A DNA stretch of 64,000 bases, taken from positions 27,466,001 through 27,530,000 of the forward strand of contig OY740812.1 of assembly GCA_963514005.1 (NCBI GenBank), written 5' to 3'. The DNA is from Raja brachyura (lineage: Eukaryota). The stretch's first letter is position 1. Every line of letters starts with the position of its first letter. Shown here in pieces: positions 47,676 to 60,508 of this stretch. Below the pieces are notes generated by a model, which was given only the letters and a program-made list of their open reading frames with translations, did no database searches and was not told the DNA's origin. The translations under genes and the position numbers were made by a program.

Positions 47676-49884
47676 TTTATTTCAAAGATTCTAACGTGTA
47701 CATTCCATGATTAAAACTATTTTTCTGCAGTTCAATTGCTTGATGAGAAGTTGATCAGCAAAACAATTTTCAATATAGAACTTGTTCACAAGTTTTGTCT
47801 TCCAAACCATTAGACCATTGAACTGCTTGCAGTACTTAATGTACAAGTCAAAAATGATTTGTTATTAGGTAACACAGACAAACACATTATATGCAAAAAA
47901 CTTCCATGATAATGCTCCAAAAAGTGTTGTTAAAAATACAGTTCATCCGCCGCATTGGTAATCAATATAATGCTGTCCAATGCATTGGTAATCAATCAAT
48001 GTAATAGAACATCTATTGCATTTGTTTCCACATCATTCAATGCCTGGGAAATTAAGACAAGGAACTGCAAAGACAGTGTGTTTGTTGTAAAATGTTAATA
48101 CAGGATATGCTACTTTTGATTTAAAAAAAAAGGTTCCATTTGTGGAATTAGAACCACAATCACAACCAAATTTGTTTTAATGCTTGTCCCCCCCCCCCGC
48201 ACCCCAAAGATGAAAGGCATCTATTTAAGTTTAAAATCGATAATTGTTGAAAGGTGCATACCAGCACAATTTTCACCTTTCACTATAAAGGGCAGATAAT
48301 GCTAAGTTTTTGTTTAACTGCGTGGTTAGCAAGAACTCAGGTGGTGCAAAATATGAACAGAATGGCAAAAGAACGTGGGTTCATTTTATTGAAAGGGAGA
48401 AGAAATAAGTATTCCTAATGAAATATATATTATAAATTTGTTGGGTGGAGCAAATTCATTTAAATTATTCGCTTTGCTTTTCTCCATCCGCCCTGCTTTC
48501 AAATGAATAGAGACAGTTCCAACACCCAGCCTTTTTTTTTAAACATGGGTGCTTAAGTCAAAACAAAGAGCAAGACAAATGTTTCAATTTCTACATCTTT
48601 AATAGTGGTGTTTATTTGTACAATTACTAGGTGACCATTGGCTGACAGGAGGCTTAGAACTATCAGCTTTATAGGTCAGAATAAATTAAAAATCCATTGC
48701 CTCCCAACTATTTTTAAGTATTAAGAAATTACGGTTCTAACTTGTAAATTAAGCAACAAATGAGTCTCGATAGTTTTTCCCCTCTATTGTACTTGAATTG
48801 TAAATGAATTAGAAAATAAGAATTCAACCCCAATTTGATTTTAGAGAGACTGCCCACAATGGATCTTCAATATTCAAATCGGTTTAGAGACAGAATATAG
48901 AAAATTGACAGAATGCAATAAAACGTCAGTCAGCGACTGCGTAGAATTGCTTTTCTAAGATTTTCTGTAGCACTGCAAAAACTTGCTAAAAATGATTGAA
49001 ACACTAGTTCAATTGCATAAATACATCTCGAGAGCTTTGTTCGGTGTCTATTGTTCAGCATACAATATACCGCTGCTCTAAATTTCTGAGCTGAACTTGC
49101 TACATAATAAATCTTTTTTTCTTTTTAACCATTCTCTCTCTGCAGCCTCTTCCCCTCATATAGATATTTACATCTGTCTGTTATTTTGGAAGGTAATACC
49201 GGTGAGCCATTCTGAATATTATATTCTGCCCTGTTATATTCCGGCTAACAAAGAGGCCTGCTCCGAGAGCTGTAGAGTTCTACTTGGCAAATCTGTAACG
49301 ATGTAGGCAAGAATCAACGGGCAACCTTTCCATTGTTAAGGAGCAAGGAGTGGCAGCGGATGGAGGAGAGATGGTTGGAGCCCCTTCACGGCATCAAAAA
49401 TTCACATCCCACACTGAACATTGGGCATGAATTTACACCCTACCACTTTTACAATGAACTGGAGGTATCATTGCATCACTGACATGGAACGCTCTACACT
49501 GGCCTTTAAGAATACCCGGATTTAATTTGCTCATATTATGCAGTGCCATGAAAACCATATCTGTCGAGGAATGGGAAAGAAAACAAAAAGATGCAACATG
49601 CATTGGTTGGATTCATGAGTGAGGATTTCTTTTTGTGAGTTTATCTGCCAATACCCAATTGTGGACTGGAAAATCAACAGAGCAACATTAATTAAAAGAT
49701 GAAACTGAAGCAGAAACTCAATTAGGACTAGTAACACCAAAGCTTCTGTAAATCGTTTCCTGACCCATTAAGAGTAAAATAATTAACAACATTTAATGAA
49801 AGTCAATAGCTTTGGTAATATCAGTAATAAGTGCAATCAATCAGATAGGACTCAATAATATACAATGTGATACTTGCTTTAGTG
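47676..49884 (-). other. Putative long 3' UTR of DBF4B-like gene, with a candidate AATAAA at 47681-47676
   Basis: AT-rich stretch of about 2.2 kb after the stop, free of recognisable repeats. Several minus-strand AATAAA hexamers occur; the true end is unknown. Confidence 0.4.
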
Positions 49885-51505
49885 TCAACTCATTAGATCG
49901 TGGCCCTCTTTATTGATCAAATCCACCTCTGATTTGCTCTTTAAAACAGAGTTTAACTGAGTCTCATACTCTGCATCTTTCATGTCTACACATGCCTTTC
50001 GCAAGATTTCCATGTTAACAGATTGTTGACCTTCGTTAATGGTCCATTGTGCAGGTAACTGAATATCCCATTCAGATTCTGATGAAAATATATCTGTTTG
50101 ACCTGTATTATTTTTAAAAGCAAAATGGCAGAAGTTGACAGAACTTTTACATCCACTTTCATCCATTTTTGCATCCAGGAATGGGTCATATCCAGGCAGT
50201 CTCTTGGTACTGGTTTTATCAGAGGCAGTAAGCTGCACTACAGGACTTTGCGCTGCCATTCCAGGTTGAATTTCCTTGTGTGTGTTTTCAAGTTTTGTTT
50301 CTCCTGTAAGCACAATTTCCGTATCAAGGACAACTTTGCTTTTTGGCGACACAAAATCTTCAGTGTTCGGAACAGCTGATACCACCAACTTATTTATATC
50401 CTGATCTGTAGTGTTGCTCAAAGTAACTTTCAGTTGCACTTCCTCATTGAAAGCAATTTCAGTGGCCTTAACAAATTGAATGTCTTCACTCACTTCTTGA
50501 TTATTTGTGGTAGTAGTGTTTGATAAATATTTTTGTTTCTCTTCACAATTCCAAACAACTCGTTGAAGATTTACCATGTTTTTGAAATTGGTCTTTGTTT
50601 GCAAGTCTTCTAGACCTTCTTTAATATTAGACGGTTTGTCCAAGTTCAGCTTAGTTGATAAGTCAAAATGTTCCCCCATGGCAATGTTCATGGAATATGT
50701 AGTTGGAAGCACACTTGGTTGAAAACAAGTAGATGTGAACGTTTTGTCCACATCTGATAAATAAAACAATTCTGTATGTGCTTGGGACAAATTATTGACA
50801 AAAGAATTGGTACTTTTAAAGAAAGTAAAAAAATTACACACTTCAGACAAATCATTCAGTCTAGGTCTTAGATTGTTCTCATTTTGTGAACTAGCATCAT
50901 TGGACCTTTTGCGTTTTTTGAAATTGCAATTATTCCCCATTGTATTTGCATCGCAATCAACCTTCTGGAATTTAGGGAATGCCTTCACACAACTCAAAAT
51001 TTCCTCAGGAGCAGAGTTCATATGTTCTTGCATTTCTTGATGGCAGGTTACTGAACTTCCCTTTTTGTCGGCATCAAATGAGGCTTCCTCCATATGAGCA
51101 TTCATCACATCCAGTTGTTCATCAGATTTGTGGCATGCCGCTTCCCCTACTGTTCTGAAATCCAATAATTTCACCACCAGTTGTTTAGAACATCTATCTG
51201 TTCCATTTGTGGAGTTTACAGATGCCTGGTCATGTTCCTGCTGAAGGGGATTGTGTTTCGATACGTCCATGTTTCTGTCTTCCTTCGTTCTGTCGGGTTT
51301 TACCTGCTGCAGCTTTGAATCCTGTCCCATCATTTCAACGTGTTCCAGATTTTTTAAAGGGAGATTTATCACTAGGCTATCAGACACCGAGTCAAGGGAA
51401 CGATCTTGTTCTTCATCCTCAAGAACAAAATTAGTAACTGCCTGCAGTGATTCCACGTACATCTTAGATAGGGAAATTCCAGTATTTGATGCAGTCTTTG
51501 TGGAT
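49885..51505 (-). CDS. DBF4B: DBF4B-like terminal exon (about 539 aa C-terminal tail, TGA stop)
   Basis: The long ORF 49885-51585 is entered at acceptor acattcag| in phase 2, matching the previous exon (Q-R-STKTAS). Contains an NLS-like KKRKR. Confidence 0.8.
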
Positions 51506-52273
51506 CTGAATGTAAAGCACCAATAAATATTACACGTCAAAGAGAGACAGTCAAATATCACTGGAATCTTGCAACGTTTGTTCATAAGTTAAGAAGCAGA
51601 ATTAGGCCATTTGGCCGATCATGTGAGCTCCGCCATTCAATCATGGCTGATCTATCTTTCCCGCTAAACCCCATTCTCCTGCCTTTCCCCCAGAACCTCG
51701 ACATCAATACTAATCAAGAATCGATCTATGCCTTAAAAATATTAATTGACTTGACCTCTGCAGCCTTCTGTGGCAAAGGTTTCCACAGACTCACCACCCC
51801 CTGACTAAATAAATTCCTCCTCATCTCCTTACTAATGGAACGTCCGTTACTTCTGAGGATACAAATTATTAGAGAGCTTAAAGTGAAGAACAGCTCAACT
51901 TTTGAGCAAGTGAGACCCAGATTGTACTGATATCTGCCTGGCAGTGGTCAGCAAGTTCTAGTGTGTGTTTATGCCCCTGGGCACGTTAGTGCAAAATGGA
52001 ATGCACTCAATGTGCAGCAACTGTATCTGGCCCCTTCACTTTTTGCCAATCACAGAGAGTGCAGTCTTTTGAATCTTCATTTTTTTTTTGTTGTATTATA
52101 GATTGTTCTGCAATAAAATGAATCGAATACAACATGGTAGATTAATTAGGGAACACTATTTCCATTACGTGGGCTGATTTGGTTACAATATGAGTTTTGA
52201 TCAGGAACTAGGTCTACACTAATCAGATGCAGGCTGCCATTGTCACCACGGAAAGTTAGAGAGAGTTACTTTT

Positions 52274-52810
52274 AGAAACATAGAAACATAGAAATTAGGT
52301 GCAGGAGGAGGCCATTCGGCCCTTCGAGCCTGCACCGCCATTCAATATGATCATGGCTGATCATCCAACTCAGTATCCCGTACCTGCCTTCTCTCCATAC
52401 CCTCTGATCCCCTTAGCCACAAGGGCCACATCTAACTCCCTCTTAAATATAGCCAATGAACTGGCCTCAACTACCCTCTGTGGCAGAGAGTTCCAGAGAC
52501 CCACCACTCTCTGTGTGAAAAAATTCCTTCTCATCTCAGTCCTAAAGGATTTCCCCCTTATCCTTAAGCTGTGACCCCTTGTCCTGGACCTCCCCAACAT
52601 CGGGAACAATCTTCCTGCATCTGGCCTGTCCAACCCCTTAAGAATCTTGTAAGTTTCTATAAGATCCCCTCTCAATCTCCTAAATTCTAGAGAGTATAAA
52701 CCGAGTCTATGCAGTCTTTGTTCATAAGACAGTCCTGACATCCCAGGAATCAGTCTGGTGAACCTTCGCTGCACTCCCTCTATGGCAATAATGTCCTTCC
52801 TCAGATTTGG
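52274..52810 (-). mobile_element. CR1-type LINE 3' fragment
   Basis: QRRFTRLIPG...WNSLP motifs and agaaacatagaaacatag tail. Confidence 0.93.
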
Positions 52811-54016
52811 ATGTCCTTCCTCAGATTTTAAAATTGATAAAGCAGAATTTTAAAAAGTCTTGGAAAGCAACAATCTTGGGGGGGAAATTGGTTTACACAT
52901 AACTTCCTTATAGTAAATCATTCCTTTCTCTTAGGAACCTCATTGTACATGTAGGATATTATTTTCTATAATGCAAGGTTACTTAAGAATGCAGCAAGCA
53001 CGTTAGAGCACAGGTGCCTGTATTCTCTTAAAGTATTCAAAAGGTTTGCAACAATGGAAAAGGTATTTGATAGCACAAACTATCAGCAAGGCACGAGGAT
53101 GGCAGAGGGCAAGCGTGCTAGATTCCAACTCCTGAAACTCAGTCCACTCACAGACCCTGCTGCCTTGCTACACAGTCTTTGCATTTGGGAGCTGTGCAGC
53201 TGTAGAAGGTATCTGCAACTGCTGACATCTCGTGAGGTGATCTCGCCTGGTCCTTTGAAGGACACTAAAGCACAAATTGAGTAGTTTTGAGTCGTTGGAC
53301 ATAACGTTTAATTTAAATAAGAAGGCACCTTGCCTCAGTCCAAAATTTGGCTTTAGAATTACAAATTTAAGTTCCGTCATAGAAATACATGAACACTACA
53401 ACATGGAAACAGACCGCTCCACCTAGCCAATCTCTGTAATTGCCCTTATCTTTACGCATCAGTAACTTTAGTCGCCTTTATCTTTTGGGCCCCCTTTGTC
53501 CTTTGTTCTCAGGCCTTCATCCTCTCATGCATTTCAAATTGAAAGCTACCCTCTATCCAGATCACATCTCCTTTTCGTTAAGTTAATGAAAGCAGAATTT
53601 AGTGTATTGGGTCTTTTTCTTACCGAAGCTAAACACGTGGCCTATAAGTGGGAGCCTATTTATTGCAAGTCATGCTTTAAACACGTGACTATAAACTAGA
53701 CTGTGCCTTCCATTTAATGTTGGCCAGAAGTATTTATTTTGGAAGCTTTTATTTTCATTGTAGAAATATTAGTCATTCTACTCAAAGGATTAAATTAACA
53801 TTATTTCACTGCAGCATCTTGTTTCGTATCTTTAGAGGTTTAAAAGCAAGAGTCGTATTTTACCAATTAGGCACCAAGTGTGCATTTCAGCGAATGAAAA
53901 ATGTGGGGATGGTTTGTGCTGAATTAATGCACTGCACAATAGTCTGAAAGACAATATCTTTCTACAAACAATATTCTAAAATGAATAAATAAATGTTCAT
54001 ATATTTGAAAACTTAC

Positions 54017-54141
54017 CGTTGGATGCTCCCATTACTTTGGCACTCTACAAATTCATTTGTTAATCTAGACATAATACCATCAAGGACATTGAAATGAGAG
54101 GGATTACTGGCAAAATCCTGATGCTGTTTTGAATGAAGATG
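54017..54141 (-). CDS. DBF4B: DBF4B-like exon (motif C, C-terminal half of zinc finger)
   Basis: Acceptor ttttttaatttcag, donor gtaagt, 125 nt. Reads HLHSKQHQDFASNPSHFNVLDGIMSRLTNEFVE, completing the CxxC...HxxxxxH DBF-type zinc finger. Confidence 0.9.
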
Positions 54142-56835
54142 CTGAAATTAAAAAAGGGGAATTAAATAGTTTTTCAAAGTTATTTAAAATGTTGCTAAAA
54201 CCCCCAGTGAAGCCTCAAGTTATGTGATTTTTAATTGGGATCAGCAGAGCAGTATCTAACTAATGACATGCCCCATGGTATTGAACTGGGCCAGCTGTCT
54301 GCAGTCTTCCCATGCCAGTGTCTGTCTGATGCACATGTTCAGGGTCTGCATCACTGCCACAGAGTATCCCAGGCTCCAGGCTGGAGGCTTCAGTGGCAAA
54401 TGATACCATAGGAAAGCCCTGCTTTGACATCTGGTAAAGCGTTTGCCCTAGTTTTGCTGGTTGCCAAAAAGATCTTTAATTAATTGTCAAATGACCAACG
54501 GTCAGGGAGACATTAACAAACTATTTAAAATGAAGTTAAGAATGAAAACTATTTTTGAAATTATATAAACAAAGTAGGTAAAAAAAAAAAATTCAAAACA
54601 TCAAATTAATCCAAAGTAATAAAATACAACTTTTCTTTCCCTTTATCTTTTGAGAAGAGTCCTGCAGTCCCTACTAATATTGTTTCTACAGGTTGAAGTT
54701 GGTCCAGCATGTGAGAGGCAATTCCCCAGTGTAGATAGTGAGAATCTCAGCAAGAGGTATTCAGAGTTGGTTAGTAGTCTGGTTTAGTTATGTTCATTGT
54801 CACGTGTACAAAAGTACAGTGAAAAGCATTTTTGTTGTGTGCTATCCACTGGAAAGACTGTACATGATCCCAATCACACTGTCCACAGTGTCGATACAGG
54901 ATAAAAGGAATGTACATATATTGCCAATTGCAGAAGATGCAGACTTCCTTCTATTTAAACAGTTAAATGGGCAGTTACATAGTTAAAAAATCCAAACCCA
55001 TAACTTGTATCTGCGCAATTGCCATTTTAAAATAATTTATTGAGGTTTATATTAAAATACTGCTATGGAAGGGATAGTTACAGCAGAATCACAGTTACCA
55101 CCCAGTTCTTGGCTACAATCCCAACAACATATCTTTTCTCTTCCAAACTTTCTTTGTTTTGTTAGTTTAACGTTCAGTTACTGTTAAGTCACATCCATGA
55201 AAGAACATGATTTAGGCCATGCCACCTAACAAGGAACTGCCCTGGACTACAATCTGGCTATGAGGATGCATTACATGTTTATAAATGTAATCAAATGAGC
55301 AAAGTAGATGACTTTCAGGCTAACAAATGCGCATTTGCTACTGCCCAGCTCATCTGGCTAAAAGATGGAAGAAGGAAAACATGGACTAACCAAAATATTT
55401 CTTCTTTTAGCAAAAAATGAAATAGGCCGAGCAGAATATATGTTGAGTTCCGATAAATACATAAATGTTTCTTTTAATTACAACCAGAGCAATTGTTGAA
55501 TCCTTCGCTATTAAGCTTATGCACCTGGAAAGGTTTCAGAAAAATGAGTGAACAGTAATAATTGAGTAATGACAAGGAACGGCAGATGCTGATTTAATGC
55601 TGGACAAATGCTGGAGTAACTCAGGGGGTCAGACAGCCTCCCTGGAGAACATGGATGGGTGATGTTTTGCGTCAGAACCTTTCTTCGGACTATTATTCTT
55701 CAATTAGTATTCTGACTTATTATTATTCAATTATTCTTCAGTAATAATTGAGAATTGTTTAGTGATATGTATGACTCGAGGGTTTCATTGTTAAATGATA
55801 GCACAGTGAGACGACTCTCCTCCTCAGGTTCCTCTTTTCCTCGTATGATCCGTACTCAAGGTTCCAATGTTGCTTTGCTCTTTACATGCATGTCCTCTTT
55901 AGTGATACATTGAGCTTGTTCCAATTTGACACCCAACTATTCACTCAGAGCTCCACCACACAGAAATGGTTAGAATAGAAAAAAATAATTAATTGCCACT
56001 GTTGAGCCTAATCGCTGCTCAACTCTGAACACTTTCATAGGAAACAGCAGAAAACAAGTAAAACCAAAAATGCTGGAACCAATTTGGAAAGCATTGGAGA
56101 CCATTAAAAAGGAGACAAAAGGGTAGGGTATTTCTGTCTTGATGTTGGAGGACTTCTGCACAGCGTCAAAGTAAAATGCTTGAATATTATTAGTCTGCGA
56201 GGGAGACATTAGGTCATCAGGGAGTGGAGAAAGAAAACAGATCGTCTTCCATGAGATACAACCATAGAAACAGCATGGATGGGTGTTATTTGGCTCATGG
56301 TGTCTATAAAGTGACTATTTTGTCATTCCTAATAGGTTACAAGACTTCACGTTTTTTTGCAGCTACTTCTTTTAAATGTGACAAAGTGGCTGCCTCCACC
56401 ATTCTTTCAAGTGGTATGTCCTAAATTCACTGTACTCAGTGATAACATTTCTTCTTTGACTCTTTTCTAATTCTGTACCAGTTACCTCTAATCAATATCC
56501 CCCATCTTTTGTCTCAAAGAGATAGGCGGGAAGTGGTTTAGTGCAAGGAAACCGGCAGAGGTATTAACATGTGTTCTAATCATGGTTTTCCTGTTCCAGG
56601 ATTAACTAGTTTAGGAACTTGCAACCTTTGTTCATGATAATTTTGAATAGTTTCAAGCAGAGTTTGCCACAGTAAGGAAGTGTCTGCTGATGGTCATTAA
56701 GCTGGTTATTTGTTGTCTAGTTTGGAGCATGGTAAACCATTGGGATTGTAAAAGTTTGAAAGTAACTGAAAGAGTATTCAGCGAATTATGGATACTGCAT
56801 ATCCACATCTGAAGAATTTACCAATGTTAAAGACG

Positions 56836-57962
56836 AGAAACATAGAAACATAGAAAATTGGTGCAGGAGTAGGCCATTCGGCCCTTCGAGCCTGCACCGC
56901 CATTCAATATGATCATGGCTGATCATTCAACTCAGTATCCTGCACCTGCCTTCTCTCCATACCCCCTGATCCCTTTAGCCACATCTAACTCCCTCTTAAA
57001 TATAGCCAATGAACTGGCCTCAACTGCCTGCTGTGGCAGAGAATTCCACAGATTCACCACTCTCTGTGTGTAAAATGATCTTCTCATCTCGGTCCTAAAA
57101 GACTTCCCCCTTATCCTTAAACTGGGACCCCTTGTTCTGGACTTCCCCAACATCGGGAACAATCTTTCTGCATCTAGCCTGTCCAATACCTTAAGAATTT
57201 TGTAAGTCTCTATAAGATCCCCCCTCAATCTTCTAAATTCCAGTGAGTACAAGCCGAGTCTATCCAGTCTTTCTTCATATGGAATCCATCCTGCCATCCC
57301 AGGAATCAGTCTGGTGAACCTTCTCTGTACTCCCTCTATGGCAAACACGTCTTTCCTCAGATTAGGAGACCAAAACTGTATGCAATACTCCAGGAATGGC
57401 CTCACCAAGACCCTGTACAACTACAGTAGAACCTCCCTGCTCTTGTACTCAAATCATTTTGCGATGAATGCCAACATACCATTCGCATTCTTCACTGCCT
57501 GCTGCACCTGCATGCCTACTTTCAATGACTGGTGTACCATGACACCCAGGTCTCGTTGCATCTCCCCTTTTCCTAATCGGCCATCATTCAGATAATAGTC
57601 TACTTTCCTGTTTTTGCCACCAAAGTGGATAACCTCACATTTATCCACATTATACTGCATTTGCCATGCATTTACCCACTCACCCAACCTATCCAAGTCA
57701 CCTTGCAGCCTCCTAGCATCCTCCTCACAGCTAACACTGCCCCCCAGCTTCGTGTCATCCGCAAACTTGGAGAGGTTCCATTCAATTCCCTCATCCAGAT
57801 CATTAATATATATTGTAAATAGTTGGGGTCCAAGCACTGAGCCTTGCGGTACCCCACTAGTCATTGCCTGCCATTCTGAAAATTACCTGTTTACTCCTAC
57901 TCTTTGCTTCCTGTCTGCCAGCCAGTTCTCTATCCACATCAATACTGAACCCCGAATACCGT
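56836..57962 (-). mobile_element. CR1-type LINE, 5'-truncated (RT C-terminal half, 3' UTR and (tttctatg)n tail)
   Basis: SGVPQGSVLGP, FADDTKL, LVRPFLEYCIQFWSP and RLRGDLIETYKI motifs. Frameshifted. Confidence 0.95.
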
Positions 57963-58204
57963 GATTAAAGACTTAAGACAATACCGTGATTAAAGACACA
58001 ATAGAGACTAAAATCTCTATTGTGCTTACTGCGTTCCCAGAACAGGCGAGCTTCTAGGAAATATGCAGCTTCCATTTACATGCAAGCTATATTTTTTTCT
58101 GCATTAAAGAGAAATTGCAAGGAAATAAAGGAAAGAATAAAAAGTATTAAACGTTGTGCTTATGGGACACGCACATCGATATCTTCGCAAATACTCTGAT
58201 AAAA

Positions 58205-58309
58205 GTCAGATAGGGTCTGAAGAAGGGTCTCGACCCGAAACGTCGCCTATCTCCTTCGCTCCTTAGATGCTGCTGCACCCGCTGAGTTTCTCCAGCTTTT
58301 TGTGTAACC
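58205..58309 (+). ncRNA. Penelope-derived mini-element carrying a minimal type I hammerhead ribozyme motif
   Basis: CTGAAGA(a)-GGGT ctcg ACCC-GAAA-cGTC core. Stem I agatagg/cctatct. 11-bp TSD ctctgataaaa. Confidence 0.65.
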
Positions 58310-58832
58310 CTCTGATAAAAACAGTTCTTTACTTACTGACAATGATACAAGTAACAGACCCTCAGTGGGTCAGGCTGCCTCTCTGGAGAACATGAATAGG
58401 TGATGTTCCATGGGTGAACATAGGTGAGTGGGGTTTTTGGTCGGCAGATCATTGGACAAAGGTCAGGGATGAAAAAAGAACAGAAGCTGCGAGACAAAAC
58501 AATTGAAGAGTTCCAATTGTGAAGCCAGAGGAAGAAATGTACGTAGGAGGTGAGAGGAAAAATAGGTGCGAGTCCAATGAGGCACAGGAAAAAGGGTTTT
58601 AGAGGTTACGTAAAATTGAAAAATTCAATGATCATACAGTTGGGTTGGAAGCTACCCAAGTCATGCTTCTCATTCTGAAGCTATCTGACCTGCAGAATTA
58701 CTCCAGCACGTTGTGTCTTTTTTTTTTTTATAAACCATCATCTGCAGTTCATTATTTCTACAATTAACAGAACTTGGCAAGCAAAGCTCTTGTGCTTTTT
58801 GAAGTTCTTTTGTAAAAAGTCAATACACTTAC

Positions 58833-58959
58833 TGCTGCAAGATCATGAAACGTTTCATGGCAACATTCACAGAAGCTATGTCGTTTCTTTAGTATATGCA
58901 ATTCTGCTGGTTTTGTACGGGTTTCTACATCTCCTTCACTGTCAGTCATTCGACAGACC
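58833..58959 (-). CDS. DBF4B: DBF4B-like exon (motif C, N-terminal half of zinc finger)
   Basis: Acceptor ccattgtgcag, donor gtaagt, 127 nt. Ends KKRHSFCECCHETFHDLAA. Confidence 0.9.
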
Positions 58960-59784
58960 CTGCACAATGGAAAGAATGCAAGAAGGCATTTTTGCACGTT
59001 ACATTCACACACAATGGCTTCAAAGACAAAATGGGGCACAAGACTAGAAATACATGCCTGAGCTATATATAATGGAAGCAAGTTTCTTTTCATCTACGAA
59101 TAAGTCAACACTTCCCCAAACATTAAATATTTCAAGTCTTTATAATAACTAATCAAAATGTAATTAGCTTGATGTGCTCCAAATGAGAAATAGTAACAGA
59201 TACTGCCAGTGAGTAAGCACAAAGGACTCCAGATATATCCAACTACCAGATAGTCTGCATTAAAATATTTGGGGAGATGACCAAAATATGTCAAACGCAC
59301 TTTAGATTCATTTAAGATTTTAACATTCCTATTTTTGAAAATTAGTTAAAATGAATCGCATTAAAAAATTCAACAGCATTATCCTCACTAAATTCCATTT
59401 TATCAATAGGATTAGGGATGTACAATTGACTGGAAATTTAACTGGATCCATCACACTGATGCTAACTATCGGAGAAGGAAAGAGAGATCAGAGGGTGGAA
59501 TATCTGTGATGAATGACTCATCTCCTAGCTGTCCTCTGTTTACAAGTCATCCATTACCAGGAGGGGTGTAGCTCCTGTGACACTTGAGCAGCTCCACACA
59601 ATCCAGGCCAAAGTCGTTTACTACAAGGGCATTCCATTTGTTATTGGTTCATTGGTGCCTGTGGTGTGGTCTATTTACAGAATGCACTGCAGCAACTTGT
59701 CAAGTCCACTATGGCATCACCTCCCATATAATGCAAACTCTATTACAGAGGACACAGACAACAGGTTCTTAGGATTGCCACTAG

Positions 59785-60082
59785 TTTAATTTAGTTTAGA
59801 GATAGAGCCTGGAAACAGACCTTTCGGCCCACCGAGTCCGTGCCGACCAGCAATCTAGCACTAACACACTCAGGACAATTACCAATTTTTACCAAAGATA
59901 AATTAACCTACAAAACCTGTATGCCTTTGGAATGTGGGAGGAAAACCAGAGCACCCAGGGAAACCCACGCGGTCACCGGGAGAACATACAAACTCCATAC
60001 ACACAGCATCCGTAGTCAGGATCGCACCCGGGTCACTGGCGCTGCAAGGCAGCAACTGTACCGTTGCGCCACCGTGCTGCCC
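59785..60082 (-). mobile_element. tRNA-derived V-SINE (representative minus-strand copy)
   Basis: Same family. Other minus copies lie near 6340-6590, 9820-9947 plus 12765-12960, 21240-21548, 22070-22530, 23895-24210, 26615-26885, 29580-29865, 30705-30978 and 41835-42110. Confidence 0.85.
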
Positions 60083-60373
60083 TGTCACCAGTTCAAGTTC
60101 TCACTAGGTCACTAAAATCCTGACCTGGAGATGTATTGACATCCATTGGTATCATTGACTCCTATCTCCCTATCCATCAGCTTTGTGAGAGCACCTTCAC
60201 TTGAAGGACTACGCTGGATTTAAAAAAAAGTGACTCATCGTGATCTCAACATCATGGGTAATAAATAAACACTCTTCCAGATATATCCCATAACCCAATT
60301 AAATAAATCTTGGTAGTTAACGTTCACAACAAAAAAGTTAATATACATTTTTTTTTTTTTAAAAGCTATTTAC

Positions 60374-60508
60374 CCGAGTCTGCTCTTTTCTTGGCCCTGA
60401 TATCCATTCTTAGATTTCTTCCGATGATCAAAGGCACTATGTCCTTTATGGGATTTGTAGTTCAGTTCAGGATAGTCCACAAATTGGTGATAAAGGGGTT
60501 TAAAATGC
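60374..60508 (-). CDS. DBF4B: DBF4B-like exon (motif M, second part)
   Basis: AG acceptor, gtaaat donor, 135 nt, phase 2 at both ends. Reads HFKPLYHQFVDYPELNYKSHKGHSAFD... Confidence 0.85.

Noticed and set aside
51506-51585. N-terminus of the 566-aa ORF as a standalone gene
   Set aside because: It lies upstream of a phase-compatible splice acceptor and is therefore intronic.
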